This document shows, in pieces, positions 1 through 12,488 of a DNA stretch of 64,000 nt. Below the pieces are notes generated by a model. The model ran no database searches. It was not told the origin of the DNA and saw nothing but the letters and a program-made list of their open reading frames with translations. A program made the position numbers and the translations under genes. Within the stretch, counting starts at the first letter, position 1. Each line of letters starts with the position of its first letter. The DNA comes from Octopus vulgaris (taxonomy: Eukaryota): assembly GCA_951406725.2 (NCBI GenBank), contig OX597827.1, forward strand, positions 12,648,001 through 12,712,000, given 5' to 3'.

Positions 1-544
1 AGGTTTCAAATATACACACCACTTGATTCACATGTAAATTAGCTGTTTGTATATCCTAACTTTTCAAAACTACTGCGGTGACGCAGTTTATTTCCGGTGA
101 CACAGGTTTACAGTATTTCAAGAAGAAAAAAAGACTATGCGATGGGTCTGCTACATCTGAGCTAAACAAAACCATGACAAACATACTTCACATTAAAATA
201 TTATCTACTAAATAATACTAATTAAGTTGAAGGTATATGTTCAAAGTTTTATTTCTTGGTAAAACTCCATGTATTTTAAACATTTTCTCATTATGCTCTA
301 AGACAAAGATTGTTCAGGCAGAGTTACCTCCCTTAGCAAAAGACTTCAAAATTCTGCAACCCAACCTCGTTTATGAGGTTATTTTTGTAGTAAAAAAGAG
401 TTGTTGTGCAAAAAACACTTTATTTGGTAGCTGAAAGATTACTGAATCTTTAGATATCTCATACGATGAAATTGGCAACTGAGTTTTCGAATTCATAAGG
501 AACATACACACATGCACACATACACACACACACAAACACACACA

Positions 545-750
545 CACGCATGCATGCACATGCACACATAAACTTTGTTTTATATATATCCATATATATA
601 ATGGGCTTCTTTCAGTTTCCATCTACCAAATCCACTCACAAGGCTTTGGTCGGCCCAAGGCTGTTGTAGAAGACGCTTCCCCAAGGTGTCACACAGTGGG
701 ACTGAACCCAGAACCAGGTGGTTGGGAAGCAAGCATCCTACCACACAGCT
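545..750 (-). mobile_element. SINE family A (tRNA-headed, CORE-like box), partial diverged copy
   Basis: Reverse-complement match to family A head and body (ccactcacaaggctttggtcggccc...cccaaggtgtcac...gggactgaaccc). Confidence 0.8.
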
Positions 751-1664
751 AAGCGTGTGCCTTTTGATCATAAGTCAAAAGCCATGTACACTAGACCATG
801 TGCTTTTACAGAGCTTATTCATATATCTAAGATTTCTCTGTTCAATGTGTCAGCATACTGATACATTAAGATATTAGGGTGTCAGTTGAGGGAGACTTGG
901 CTGCTATTTCTAACAGATAAAATAACCATATAGAGCCAGTGATTGATTGACTCTACTAAACCCAGACAAAAATTGAATGTATCTGGTTAAGAGAAATTGG
1001 TTTTCTTACATGCAATTATGCATTTAGAATGCTTTGACAGAAAATATTGAAATTTACCCACTTTTGATAGCATGGTATCAATCCTTCATCTTTTATATCT
1101 CTGAATATATTAGGGGAAAAAATTGTATTCTGCAAAGTGATGTTATAAGCGTTCTGGTGATCCTAACAGTTGTCTATAGTTAAAGTCTTCCGCCACCAAA
1201 ACTCATCCGATGATAATAACAACTTAATACATCCACTGAGAGAGGAAGCCTGAGGCTTGTACAAGGAAGATAGCTCTTTGTTTCATATATGGTATTTACT
1301 TGGGAAAAATGCATCATGGTCACAAGTGACGCTTAAAACTAGTTCGGATTGCATTGAAATTATGTTGGTCTGATGGCAATCTGAAATACTATATTATCCA
1401 GCATGGAGACCTGATGCCTATGTAGGAAAATCAAATAGGTTTCCTCTGATTGGAATCAAATATATGTTTTCCCATCATTTTTAGAGATGTGGCTGTAAAT
1501 ACCTCAGTAATAGTCAGTCTTTTTACTTGTGAGAAACTATTGTGAAAATAGGAAAATAATTGCAAAGTATTCAAAATAAAAGTACAAATAAAAGTACAAA
1601 TCACAATTGTCATCATATAGATTTGACTTTTATTAATAAAGAAAAATACATGTCCCCTGCTATT

Positions 1665-1736
1665 TTTTATTTTTATTTTAATTTTTATTTTATCTAGTTT
1701 CAGCTCATGAGCTGTGGCCATGCTGGGGCACCGCCA
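1665..1736 (-). mobile_element. Short 3' end of a retroposon (family F tail) with (TAAAAA)n tail
   Basis: Reverse complement reads tggcggtgccccagcatggccacagctcatgagctgaaac plus A-rich tail; same tail at 3072-3166 and 13054-13100. Confidence 0.7.
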
Positions 1737-1826
1737 TAAGCTCAGTCCAAGCAAAACCTTGTGAGTGGATTTGGTAGACAGAAACTGAAAGTATGTGTGT
1801 GTCTGTCTTTGGTTTATGTGTGTGTG

Positions 1827-2148
1827 AAGGCCTGTGGCTTAGTGCTTAGAGTGTTTAGCTCATGATCATAAGGCCGTGAGTTCAATTCCCAGCAACACAT
1901 CGCATCCTTGAGCAAGACACTTTATTTCACATTGCTCCAGTGCACTTAGCTGGCCAAAAATGAGTAGTACCTGTATTTCAAAGGGCCAGCCTTGTCACAC
2001 TCTGTGTCACGTTGATTCCCCCTGTGAACTATGTTAAGCATACACATGTCTGTGGAGTACTCAGCCACTTGCATGGTAATTTCACAAGCAGGTTGTTCCA
2101 TTGCTTGGATCAACTGAAACCTTTGTCATCATAACCGACAGTGTGCCA
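1827..2148 (+). mobile_element. tRNA-derived CORE-type SINE (family E)
   Basis: A-box-like tggcttagtgct, B-box-like gagttcaattcc, CORE-like tccttgagcaagacactttatttcacattgctccag; related copy at about 35570-35745. Confidence 0.7.
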
Positions 2149-2408
2149 GTGCCATACATACATATGTGTGTGTCATTGTATTTGTGAGTTTCTCCCACCA
2201 CTACTCAACAACCGGTGTTGCTTTGTTTCTGTCTTTGTAACTTAGCGGTTTGACGAAACTCTTCAAGGCAGCACATTACCATAGCTGCAACAAAAGATAA
2301 AAGATACATGCAGTTTAGATATATAATTTCGAGGAAGGACTACTAAAAAAAAACATCGTATATTTGCAAACATTTTATATTTGCTCAGAAACATTTTATA
2401 TTTGCTCA

Positions 2409-2744
2409 GAAAAGCGCTTCAAGGACAGTCTCAAAGTCTCTCTCAAAGACTTCTCCATTGGCACAGAGACTTGGGAGACACTTGCTGCCGACCGCTCATC
2501 CTGTCGCAGCGCAATCACCACAGGAGCAAAGACAGCCGAGGAGAGACGGATTCAGTCAGCAGAACGGAAACGCCAGATGCGGAAAGCCAGAGCCACCTGC
2601 ACCAATAGCACAGCCCCTACCCACTTCTGCCCCACCTGTGGGAGGGGCTCCCTTGCCCGGATTGGCCTCACCAGCCACCTCCGGTCTCATAGCAGCAGTT
2701 CCACCAAATGATGTCAATGGTCATCTTCGAACCCGAAGGACGAA

Positions 2745-2777
<33 letters not shown>
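2409..2777 (+). mobile_element. RTE-clade LINE, 5'-truncated 3' end (ORF2 C-terminus, short 3'UTR, (ATT)n tail)
   Basis: KRFKDSLKVSLK..WETLAADRSSCR..CPTCGR..RIGLTSHLRSH is a typical RTE C-terminal zinc-finger region; 13-bp TSD ttatatttgctca at 2396-2408 and 2774-2786. Confidence 0.9.
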
Positions 2778-2779
<2 letters not shown>

Positions 2780-3071
2780 TTGCTCATGTTTTACTAAACT
2801 GTCTGGGCAAGCTATAAGGAAAACAACTGGAAATTTAAAAAAAAAAATGTGGAATATGATAAATTTGAACTCTTCTTATAGTTCAAATATTACAAGCTAC
2901 AAGACCTTTGGTTATGGAAAAATTTATATCAAACTTTTGTTCCTAATGATAATTGAGTATCATCTATTTTTCCATATTTCCAAAACTCTAACATACTTCT
3001 CCATACTTCCAGAACTTTAACAAACACATTCAATAATGATAAAGGACAATTTTGCCTAGAAATACATTAAG

Positions 3072-3166
3072 AATGGCAGTGCCCCAGCATGAATGGCGGT
3101 GCCCCAGCATGGCCACAGCTCGTGAGCTGAAACCAGATAAAGATAAAGATAAAGATAAAGATAAAG
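3072..3166 (+). mobile_element. Family F retroposon 3' end with (GATAAA)n tail and 20-bp 5' tandem duplication
   Basis: aatggc(a/g)gtgccccagcatg occurs twice, then gccacagctcgtgagctgaaac, then the tail. Confidence 0.7.
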
Positions 3167-3204
3167 TATGTTAGGAGATACTAATATATGCAATATAATT
3201 TTCA

Positions 3205-3360
3205 TCTGTCTTTACGTTCTGAGTTTAAATATCATTGCAGTCGACGTTGCCTTTCATCTTTTCATAGACAATAAAATAAGTACCAGTTGATCACTGGGGT
3301 AGATTTTATCGACTTACCTTCTCACCCAAAATTGCTGGCCTTGTACCAAAATGTGGAACT
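3205..3360 (+). mobile_element. Old SINE family B-related fragment
   Basis: tacgttctgagttt...gtcgacgttgcctttcatc...ataagtaccagttgatcactgggg matches the family B central domain. Confidence 0.65.
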
Positions 3361-4002
3361 AATATATTCAATAGAATGAGGCAAAATTATCTTTAATCAA
3401 GTGAAAAATAACACTTATAATGTGAAAAAAAAAACTGTTTGCACTGTTGACCATTTCTGCCAAAACAGCAAGTGAGGTGATGGGAACTCTAGAATTCCTG
3501 TTGACCTTTTACTTGTTTCAGTCATCAGACTGCGGCCATGCTGAGGCACCAACTTGAGGAATAGTAAACTGCTGCAGAGGACTGAACCTGTACCTCTCAA
3601 TCCCCAGTTGCATGTGCTGTACCATTAAGCTTAATGACTTAAACAATTAACCGCTTAACAATAAAGCAGGAGAGGTTGAGGAAGGTTATAGAACGACACT
3701 TTACTAAGCTATTTATCTTTCTCTCGATTCAGTCATTGGACAGCAGCCATGCTGGGGTGCCACCTTGAAGGATATATAGACAAACAGATCAATGCCAATA
3801 CTTGCTCTTGAGTTTTGTTCTTATTTTATTGGTCGGTCTTTATAGAGTCACTGAATTATGATTATGAAAACAGACCAACAACAGTTGTCAAATGGAAGAG
3901 TGTACAAATACAAACACAACAGACACATATGTGTGTATGTATATACACATACATATATATATGTACATACATACATTTTTGGTCTCCTACATACATATAT
4001 AT

Positions 4003-4315
4003 GCGGAGGGCAATGGCCCAGTGGTTAGGGCAGCGGACTTGCGGTCGTAGGATCATGGTTTCGATTCCCAGACCGGGCATTGTGTGTGTTTATTGAGTGT
4101 AAACATCTAAAGCTCCACAAGGCTCCGGCAGGGGGTGGTGGTGATCCCTGCTGTACTCTTTCGCCGCAACTTTCTCTCACTCTTTCTTCTGTTGGCCTGC
4201 TTGCTTAGCCAGCAGTGGGGGGGGGGGCATCATTTGAAGGCTAAAACAATGCAAAGCACATTGTGACCAGCGATGTGTAGCAACATCTGATAGCCTGGTC
4301 GGTCACGGTGATCAC
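4003..4315 (+). mobile_element. tRNA-derived SINE (family D), full length
   Basis: A box tggcccagtggttagggc, B box ggtttcgattcc; matches the reverse copy at 45077-45381. Confidence 0.85.
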
Positions 4316-5828
4316 ATACATATATACATATATACATATATACATACACACACACACATGTATACGATGGTTTTCCACATGGTCATTTCTGTCTACAAAT
4401 TCACTCGTAAGGCAGTGGTTGACCCAGAGCTAAATTAGAAAACACTTGCCCAAGAAACCACACAGTTAAACTGAACTTTAACCCACATGGTTACAAAATC
4501 ATGCTTCTTAACCACACAGCTATGCCTGCTTGTTCAAGCTTTGCAAAAAAGAACTAGCCTTCAAGAAAAGAATTACTAAAATTTGTGAAATTATAATGCA
4601 ATCTCTAACACATCTTATTTTACAAGTTGCGTCACGTTCATTGACTTATACTAAAATTTGTGTTAAACCATTGTTCTTATCAACAACTTAGTCGTTTGTA
4701 TTTTCATAATTCTATACTTACAACTAAAATTATCTGCATCTCTCACAAATATATATATTTATTCTACACACAGGTGAACTGAAATATTTTTCTTTATTAC
4801 AGTAATACTTCAATATCCATATTCTATGTCTGTCTATCTCAGAACAAAACTCAAGCACCAATAGCAAATATTTTCCAAATGTCTACTCTGTTGATTCAAA
4901 TAAATAGCTGTCATTAGACAGAAGACAAATAGTAGATATTCTGAATGAGATAAAAGAAAATGTATAGAGTTCATATGTTATAAATCATATAGAAAGTATA
5001 TAGAAGATTGTCTCTATAGAATGAATGGAAAGGAAGTAGTGAAGAAAGACCTATAGATAACTGAAAGAAAATTACTTAAAAGTTATGAAAATGTTTCTAA
5101 ATAAACAATAGTTAACCATTATCTGTGAACAGGATGTAAAGGAAATATTTAGAAGGTAACTTCTTGATTCTCCCATTTGAAAATAACAGCATTAGCTTAA
5201 TAAAGTCAAATAAATGTTTACAGTCCATAATCTATAATATCTAATAGAGAAAACTGTTTTACTTCAATGACGACAAAGTATAAAAGAGAAGACAGAGAAT
5301 GAGAGAGAGTAAGAGAGTGAGAGAGAGAGAGAGAGAGAGGGTGAGAGAGAGAGAAGGTGAAAGAAAGATGGTGGGGGGGAAGAGAGAAAATATTGACCAG
5401 TTTTATTGACAGAGATTTGGTGATTAAAATGAAAAGGTTATATTGAATGGAAACATTAAAAGTCTGTTAAACAAGAGCTATATTGAACAAAATATATAAC
5501 TGCACTGCTTTTATTATATCTTTAAAGACATCACTGTTGACCTTAAAATGTCAGTTAATTTTGGAAGTGATATATGATCAATTACTGATTGCAAATTTCA
5601 GCGGAGAAAATTATGATAAACAAAATAGATAATGTTATATGGTTTGAATAGATTTTTGGCATAATGAGAAATATACATAACTGATGTAATAGAAATAATG
5701 AATAGCATTCTTATATATTGTATTAGTGTATTGAAACACCGAGGAAAATATGTTGTATATTAAAAGTTTATACATACCTACATAAACGCATACATACATA
5801 AATGCATACATACATACATATATAAATG

Positions 5829-5862
<34 letters not shown>

Positions 5863-5869
5863 CACTCAC

Positions 5870-6750
5870 ATACATACATTCATGGTGGCTGCCCCCTCGT
5901 TATCAAGTATGGCCATTGCACGAAGCTTAATCAATGTTGTTATCGTGCAATGCCTGTGCAAGAAGATTTTTTTTAAAGTGAGGAAAGGCTGTGCACTGAG
6001 TCAATCCCACTCACTAAGCAACAGTAGCCATAATCCGAAAAGAAGAACAAGTCAACATCATCGGTAACCACTGAGCCGCAGGTTTTATGTCAGAGTTATC
6101 CCAGTTACCTGAGTTACCTTCTCCTAGAAGGATGCCCTAACAAAGGCTAGGAGTCCTTCACTCCCAATGGTTTAACTCACATACATACATACATACATGG
6201 TGGCTGCCCCCTCATTATCAAGTATGGCCATTGCACGAAGCTTAATCAGTGTTGTTATCATGCAATGCCTATGCAAGAAGATTTTTTTTAAAGTGAGGAA
6301 AGGTTGTGCACTGAGTCAATCCCACTCACTAAGCAACAGTAGCCATAATCCGAAAAGAAGAACAAGTCAACATCATCGGTAACCACTGAGCCATAGGTTT
6401 TTTGTCAGAGTTATCCTAGTTACCTGAGTTACCTTCTCCTAGAAGGATGCCCTAACAAAGGCTAGGAGTCTTTCACTCCCAATGGTTTAACCACGCGATC
6501 GGGTATTCAGTCCAATTATTTCTATGTCCCCACGCATGATACAGCCTTAAGACATTTATTGGATGGCCGTTGACTCACAAGAGTTCTTCCACCCTTTGAC
6601 GGGTTTTGTTTTTCATCCCACAGTGTGTCCAATAAACACCCTCCTCACCAAGTAAGCTTGGTGGGGTTGCAGGTTTAGTCGCCGACAACCCGACCATGCA
6701 ACAGGTTGTACTGGGTTACATGATACCAGTAGCACTCGAAAGTGACCTGA
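5870..6750. mobile_element. Interspersed-repeat-like module between (CATA)n tracts, with a 315-bp tandem duplication
   Basis: 5882.. and 6197.. give near-identical 61-aa ORFs at an offset of 315; flanked by (CATA)n. Confidence 0.55.
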
Positions 6751-7302
6751 CATACATACATACATACATATATACACACATAGCATATCTTTTGAGAAAA
6801 TTTTGTAGATGGAAACTGTGTGGAAGCCCATCATTTGTGTGTACACAAGTGCTCACCATTTCCTAAGCAGTGTTGGTTTGTTTACGTCCATGTAATTTGG
6901 CAGTTTGGCAAAACAGTCTCATAGAATTAGTACCAAGCTCAAAAAATAAGTACTGAAATAAATTTGTTTCACTAATTCCTTCAAGGCAGTGCCCCATTAT
7001 GGCCACAGTCTTAATGAGTGAAGTGAGCAAAAGATGAAAGATAAAATTTAAAAAGTTACAATGCACAGTAATATGTACGACTGTTAAATGATATTCTGTT
7101 GTGTCTGGGGAGAGTCATTTTCTTTTTGTGCCTTATAATGTAACACATTATATAAATAGATCAGTGACTGAAAATGGAATTTGCGACATTCTTAAATAAT
7201 GAGCAGAGTCAAGACTATTGAAAAGGTTGCGAGACGCAACGAAAATTTTAAGAAAATAAAAATAAGAAATAAGTGGAAATTTTACTGGTGAGTGTGTTAC
7301 AT

Positions 7303-7630
7303 TCATCATCATCATCATCGTCGTTTAACATCCGTTCTCCATGCTAGCATGGGTTGGACGGTTCGACCGGGGATCTGGGAAGCCAGGAGGCTGCACCAGG
7401 CTCCGGTCTTATCTGGCAATGTTTCTACAGCTGGATGCCCTTCCTAACGCCAACCACTCCGTGAGTGTAGTGGGTGCTTTTTACGTGCCAACTGCACTGG
7501 TGCCAGGCGAGGCTGGCATCGGCCATGGTCGGATTGGTGCATTTTACGTTCCACCTGCACGGAAGCCAGTCGAGGCGGCACTGGCTTCGGCCACGATTCG
7601 GATGGTGCTTTTTACGTGCCACCGACACGG
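7303..7630 (-). mobile_element. SINE-like family C ((GAT)n tail, internal ~62-bp tandem units)
   Basis: catcatc..tccatgctagcatgggttggacgg..gctggatgcccttcctaacgccaaccact plus repeated ggtgctttttacgtgcca units. Confidence 0.85.
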
Positions 7631-8276
7631 AAAGACACAAAAAGAAAATGACTCACCCCAGATACAGCAGAATATGCTTCAACACACAAACTCATATAAA
7701 GAATCTTGCAAACCATATCCAAAAACGAAATGTTAAATGATAATCACTGTTATATTTATCTTTGCTTTTATGTTTTGTTTGTTTCAGTCTTTGGATTGTG
7801 GCCATGCTGGAGCACTGACTTGAAAAGTTTTGGTCCAACAAATCAACTCCGGAACCTATTTTCTATCTGCTGCTTATTTTACATATCTCTTTTACTGAAA
7901 TTCTAAACAAACCAACACCATTTGTCAAGTGGTGGTGGTGAGACAAACACAAACACATACACACGGAAGCACACACACACGCAAGCACACACACAGACAA
8001 CAGACTTTCATGCAGCTTCCAACTTCCAAGTTCAGTCACAAAGCATTGATTGACCCTGGCTATAGTTGAAAACACTTGCCACAGACGGTCCACTGTGTGT
8101 GTGTGTGTGTGTGTGAGTGTGTGTGTGTGTATGTGAATATATATTTATTTATATACATATACATATATATATACACACATATATGTATGCATATAAATGT
8201 ATACATATATATATATATATACTTATATATACATATAAACATATAAATGTATGTATATATATATATATATATATAC

Positions 8277-8480
8277 ACCGGAGTAAACACATAAATGTGA
8301 AACAAGGTGGAAAAAAGAGTACTCAAATACCAGGGGTAGAGTAATATGCTTTATTTAAAAGCAGCAGAAAATTCAACAAAACCTGTTACTCTGAGTTTCA
8401 CGTTCCCAACTGTCCGATGAACGGGAACGTGAAACTCAGAGTAACAGGTTTTGTTGAATTTTCTGCTGCTTTTAAATAAA

Positions 8481-8481
<1 letters not shown>
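8277..8481. mobile_element. Penelope-like non-autonomous fragment in a (TA)n tract with a 59-bp perfect fold-back
   Basis: Arms 8349-8407 and 8423-8481 are exact reverse complements; hammerhead motif inside; (TA)n on both sides. Confidence 0.65.
8410..8447 (+). ncRNA. Minimal type I hammerhead ribozyme-like motif (U4C variant)
   Basis: CTGT-CCGATGA-ACG(GGAA)CGT-GAA-ACTC(A)GAGT-A-ACAG: stems I, II and III all pair; GUA cleavage triplet. Confidence 0.6.
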
Positions 8482-8523
<42 letters not shown>

Positions 8524-8884
8524 TATAAATACATGCATTTACATATATGTATATATATATGTGTGTGTGTGTACACATACACATATAGGTATCTGTGTAT
8601 GTTTTTATGTATGTATGTGTATGCATGTGTGTGTTTATGCATGCCATTGTTTTGATGTCATGTGATTGTTGTAAGCAAGCCTCACTGTCACACAAGCAGT
8701 GTCATTCATTTCTTGTCTTCTCTGAAAAACATCTCCAGTTATGGGAAAATATTAATTTGCCCAGGAACAAATAAGGGTTGGCAACAGGAAGGGCATCTAG
8801 CTGTAGAAAAATTTGCTTCAACAAATTCCTTTAGATTCAAACTAGTAGGAATATGTGGATGTTAAACAATTAAGATGATGATAT

Positions 8885-9247
8885 GTTTCTTTATTAGCCA
8901 AACAGGGCTGAACACAAAGGGGGCAAATTACAAGGTAGAGCTTTTCTTTTTGTGGAGCAAAAAACAAGAGAATAAAAATAAAGATAAAAAATAAAAAGTG
9001 GGGGTAGGTTTTCGATCAAAAGGGATCGTAAAAAGAGAGAAAAAAAACGATCAATATGGATCATGTATCACAGAAATGTCATGATGCAAAGTGTAAAGGG
9101 GGAAGCAGATAAGTTTTATCCGTGGAAAGAAAAGCTTACGGAAAAGACCACGGTAACCTCGGCCAATAATGTCACATGTTAACACATTTATGTGCAAGTA
9201 AGTAACTCCCTGTTTTAAATTTTTCCGGGTTCATAGGACTATGCTCG
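8885..9247 (-). mobile_element. Probable LINE 3'UTR fragment sharing its terminal ~40 nt with SINE family B
   Basis: Reverse complement ends tgccccctttgtgttcagccctgtttggctaataaagaaa, like the family B tail. Confidence 0.45.
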
Positions 9248-9660
9248 GTGGTGGTGGTTGTTTTGCTCTGTGTGTGGGGGTGGGGTGGGGGGTGGGGGAT
9301 TGTTTTGTTGTGTATGTGTGTGTGTGTGTACCGTGTCTGTGTGTTTATTTACCTGTGCGAATAATGGTGTATAATCAGTAGATACGCAGAACTAAAGACA
9401 TGAGCCGTGATTGTGCTTCTAGTAATCATCTTTATTTTTAATAGCTTAGGTACTGTTCATTCGAAAGTCTTGAAATTGACATGGCTGACGTTCCACATGA
9501 ACAGCTTCAAGACTGACAAAGAAAACCACATGTAGGGAGGAAATTGCAGAGGTTTCTGCAGGAAAAAGGGCTGGGAATGCTGGTAATGCAGACATAGAAT
9601 ATATGACACTATATGAAGAATATACAAAGAAAAAAATAAGTGAATATTAAGAAGACCTTA

Positions 9661-9670
9661 GTAGTGGTAT

Positions 9671-9760
<90 letters not shown>

Positions 9761-9804
9761 TAGTAGCAGCAGTAGTAGTATTAGTAGTAGTACTACAGCA
9801 GCAT

Positions 9805-9899
<95 letters not shown>

Positions 9900-9925
9900 C
9901 AGCAGCAGCAGCAGCAGCAGCAGCA
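9661..9925. repeat. (AGT)n/(AGC)n compound microsatellite
   Basis: Direct inspection. Confidence 0.95.
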
Positions 9926-10827
9926 AAACAGAGTCTAATGTTTAAGCATTATGAAAATGGAAAACTGAGGAAAAGTAGGGAACAGCACATCTGTGTGTCA
10001 GAGGTTGGAGGATGTCAGTGAATAAAGAATATAGACGTATAGCAATAATTAGATATATAACAATAAATACAAACACAACATAGATAACGATCTATAAAGA
10101 TAAAGATAGTAAAAACAGCACATAAAAAAAAAAATGATGAAAGGAACAAGAGTATAAGTTGATGAAAAAAAACGCAATTAAAAGAAAAAAATGCAATTTT
10201 CAAAAACTGATTAAATGTCACTCAAAATATTGGGAAAATAGAGATATTGATGGCCTTATTTTCCAATTAGTAATCAATAAAAAACAGGCTAATAGGTGTT
10301 GTTTGAAAATATCTATAGAGAACTAATTAAGAAGGGTTTCTATGTTTTTTTTCTTTTGTAGCGTATATAATGATTTTTACCTTTTATGCCTTGGTTTTAC
10401 TCATTGGTCTATGACCATACTGGAGCACCACCTCCAAGGGTTTACAAAATGATATTGATCCTAGTTGTTGTTTCAGTTTGGTATTCATTTTATCATTATC
10501 TATTTGCCAAACTGCTATGTTATGAGATATCAAGGGGTACAGCCTAAACAATAGCTTCTTTATAACTTCTTTTATTTAAGTGGAGATATAAGTGAAGTCA
10601 TGAATACACACATAAAGATATATATGTATATTTATATTAATCGAAATATTCTGTATTATACATTCGTTATGCCTTATCTTACCAATTGGTATTGCACTAG
10701 AGGGTTCAACAGAGAGTAAGCTAACAGCCCGATTATGTAAACCTGCATTCTTCAGAGATGATAACTGATTTTTCTGACATGGATTCTTAGACAGTTATAT
10801 ATAAATATATATATATATATATACATA

Positions 10828-11130
10828 TCATCATCATCATCATCATCATCGTTGTCGTTTATCATCCATTTTCCATGCTAGCATAGGTTGGACGGTTCGA
10901 CCGGGGTCTGGGAAGCCAAGAGGCTGCACCAGGCTCCAGTTTGATTTGGCAGTGTTTCTAAAGCTGGATGCCCTTTCTGACACCAACCACTCTGTGAGTG
11001 CAGTGGGTGTTTTTTACGTGCTACTGGCACAGGGGCCAGGGGAAGCTGGCAATGGCCATGATTGGTTGGTTCTTTTTATGTGCCACTGGCATCGAAGCCA
11101 TTCAAGGCAGCACTGGCATCGGCCACGTTC
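10828..11130 (-). mobile_element. SINE-like family C copy
   Basis: Matches 7303-7630. Confidence 0.8.
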
Positions 11131-11273
11131 AGAAGGGTCGTTCTTTGTGTTACTTGTCCTGTTTTCCATCTTCTCTCTCGTTGTGTGTGTATTTAATTCG
11201 TTTGTTTTCGTACTTCATGTTGTTTACAGTTGGTGATATCCTATACCAATATATGCATATATATATATATGTA

Positions 11274-11341
<68 letters not shown>

Positions 11342-11356
11342 CAACATTAATAATAA

Positions 11357-11737
11357 TATAAAGACCTACTCATTGAAACTGAGAAAATGTGGCATCTCAA
11401 GGCGGTTACAATACCAGTGATCGTAGGAGCACTAGAAATGATCAAGAAGGGAACCGAAAATTATATGAGAATGATCCCTGGCTTACCATCCCTGCAAGAA
11501 GTGCAAAAGATTGTCTTAACTGGTACATCACACGTATTGAGAAGAGCATTGTCGATGTGAGAACTATTACTACCCATGTATTTTAATTTAACTTAAAAAA
11601 AAAAAAAATGAACGAACTATTGAGTTTAGTTTCATGGCCTACCAATGTATACTATGAGTTTCTTTGCCCTAGGAGTCGGGAAGACACTTGGCAAGAAATG
11701 GAAGCAAAGAAAAAAGAAAAAAGAAGAAAAAAAAAAA
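11357..11737 (+). mobile_element. R4/Dong-like non-LTR retrotransposon 3' end (RLE C-terminus plus 3'UTR) inserted in (TAA)n
   Basis: 11357-11560 translates without stops to YKDLLIETEKMWHLKAVTIPVIVGALEMIKKG..LQEVQKIVLTGTSHVLRRALSM*; (AAT)n on both sides. Confidence 0.8.
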
Positions 11738-11875
11738 TAATAATAATAATAATATGAGGGAATATTATTCCAAACTTACAGGGAAAAATTCAATTTAGAA
11801 ATACTAAATCAAATTTCACAAAATATAATATATATAATATAATATATATATATATATATATAAATTAGTTTTGTA

Positions 11876-11926
<51 letters not shown>

Positions 11927-11975
11927 GTTATTTATATTATTACATATATACATCAAAGGCAGAACATGTAATTCA

Positions 11976-12107
11976 TGAGATTTTCTAATTCAAACCCACT
12001 GCAATTGTTTCAACTCACTCTGCTCCTGTAGCTCATAGGTGAGATGCTGTGTAGTCAAGTGCAGAATGAGTTAAAACAATTGTAGTGGATTAAAATGATG
12101 AATCTCA
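11976..12107. repeat. Imperfect ~48-bp inverted repeat in a (TA)n-flanked module
   Basis: 11976-12023 vs 12061-12107 (aactcactctgc / gcagaatgagtt; ccactgcaattgttt / aaacaattgtagtgg). Confidence 0.65.
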
Positions 12108-12294
12108 CAAATTCCATTTTCAGTCATTGATCTATTTATATAAACTCTATGGACAACAGGGAATTCTAGAAGTAAATCCAGTAGGATATACATCTCTATT
12201 GCTGATAGCATCGGGTGACCAAAACTGTGCACAAGCTTCACACAGAATCATACAAGGATTTTACCTGTATATAATCTAACTATGCAAACATAGT

Positions 12295-12330
<36 letters not shown>

Positions 12331-12488
12331 TACATGTCTCTGATGTGAGTTGTCTCACTTGCTTATGACTTACTTTCAGGTGTCTTTAACACCCGGCACA
12401 TGGAGAATATATTCCCTTATGTTTAAAATGTAGCCGACATATGAACTAACAACACATACATCATTCAGTTTTTTTTGTTTATATATAT

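Noticed and set aside
4003-4078. tRNA gene-like sequence (also 45305-45381 and SINE A heads)
   Set aside because: These are SINE heads continuous with a SINE body; no proper acceptor stem or terminator
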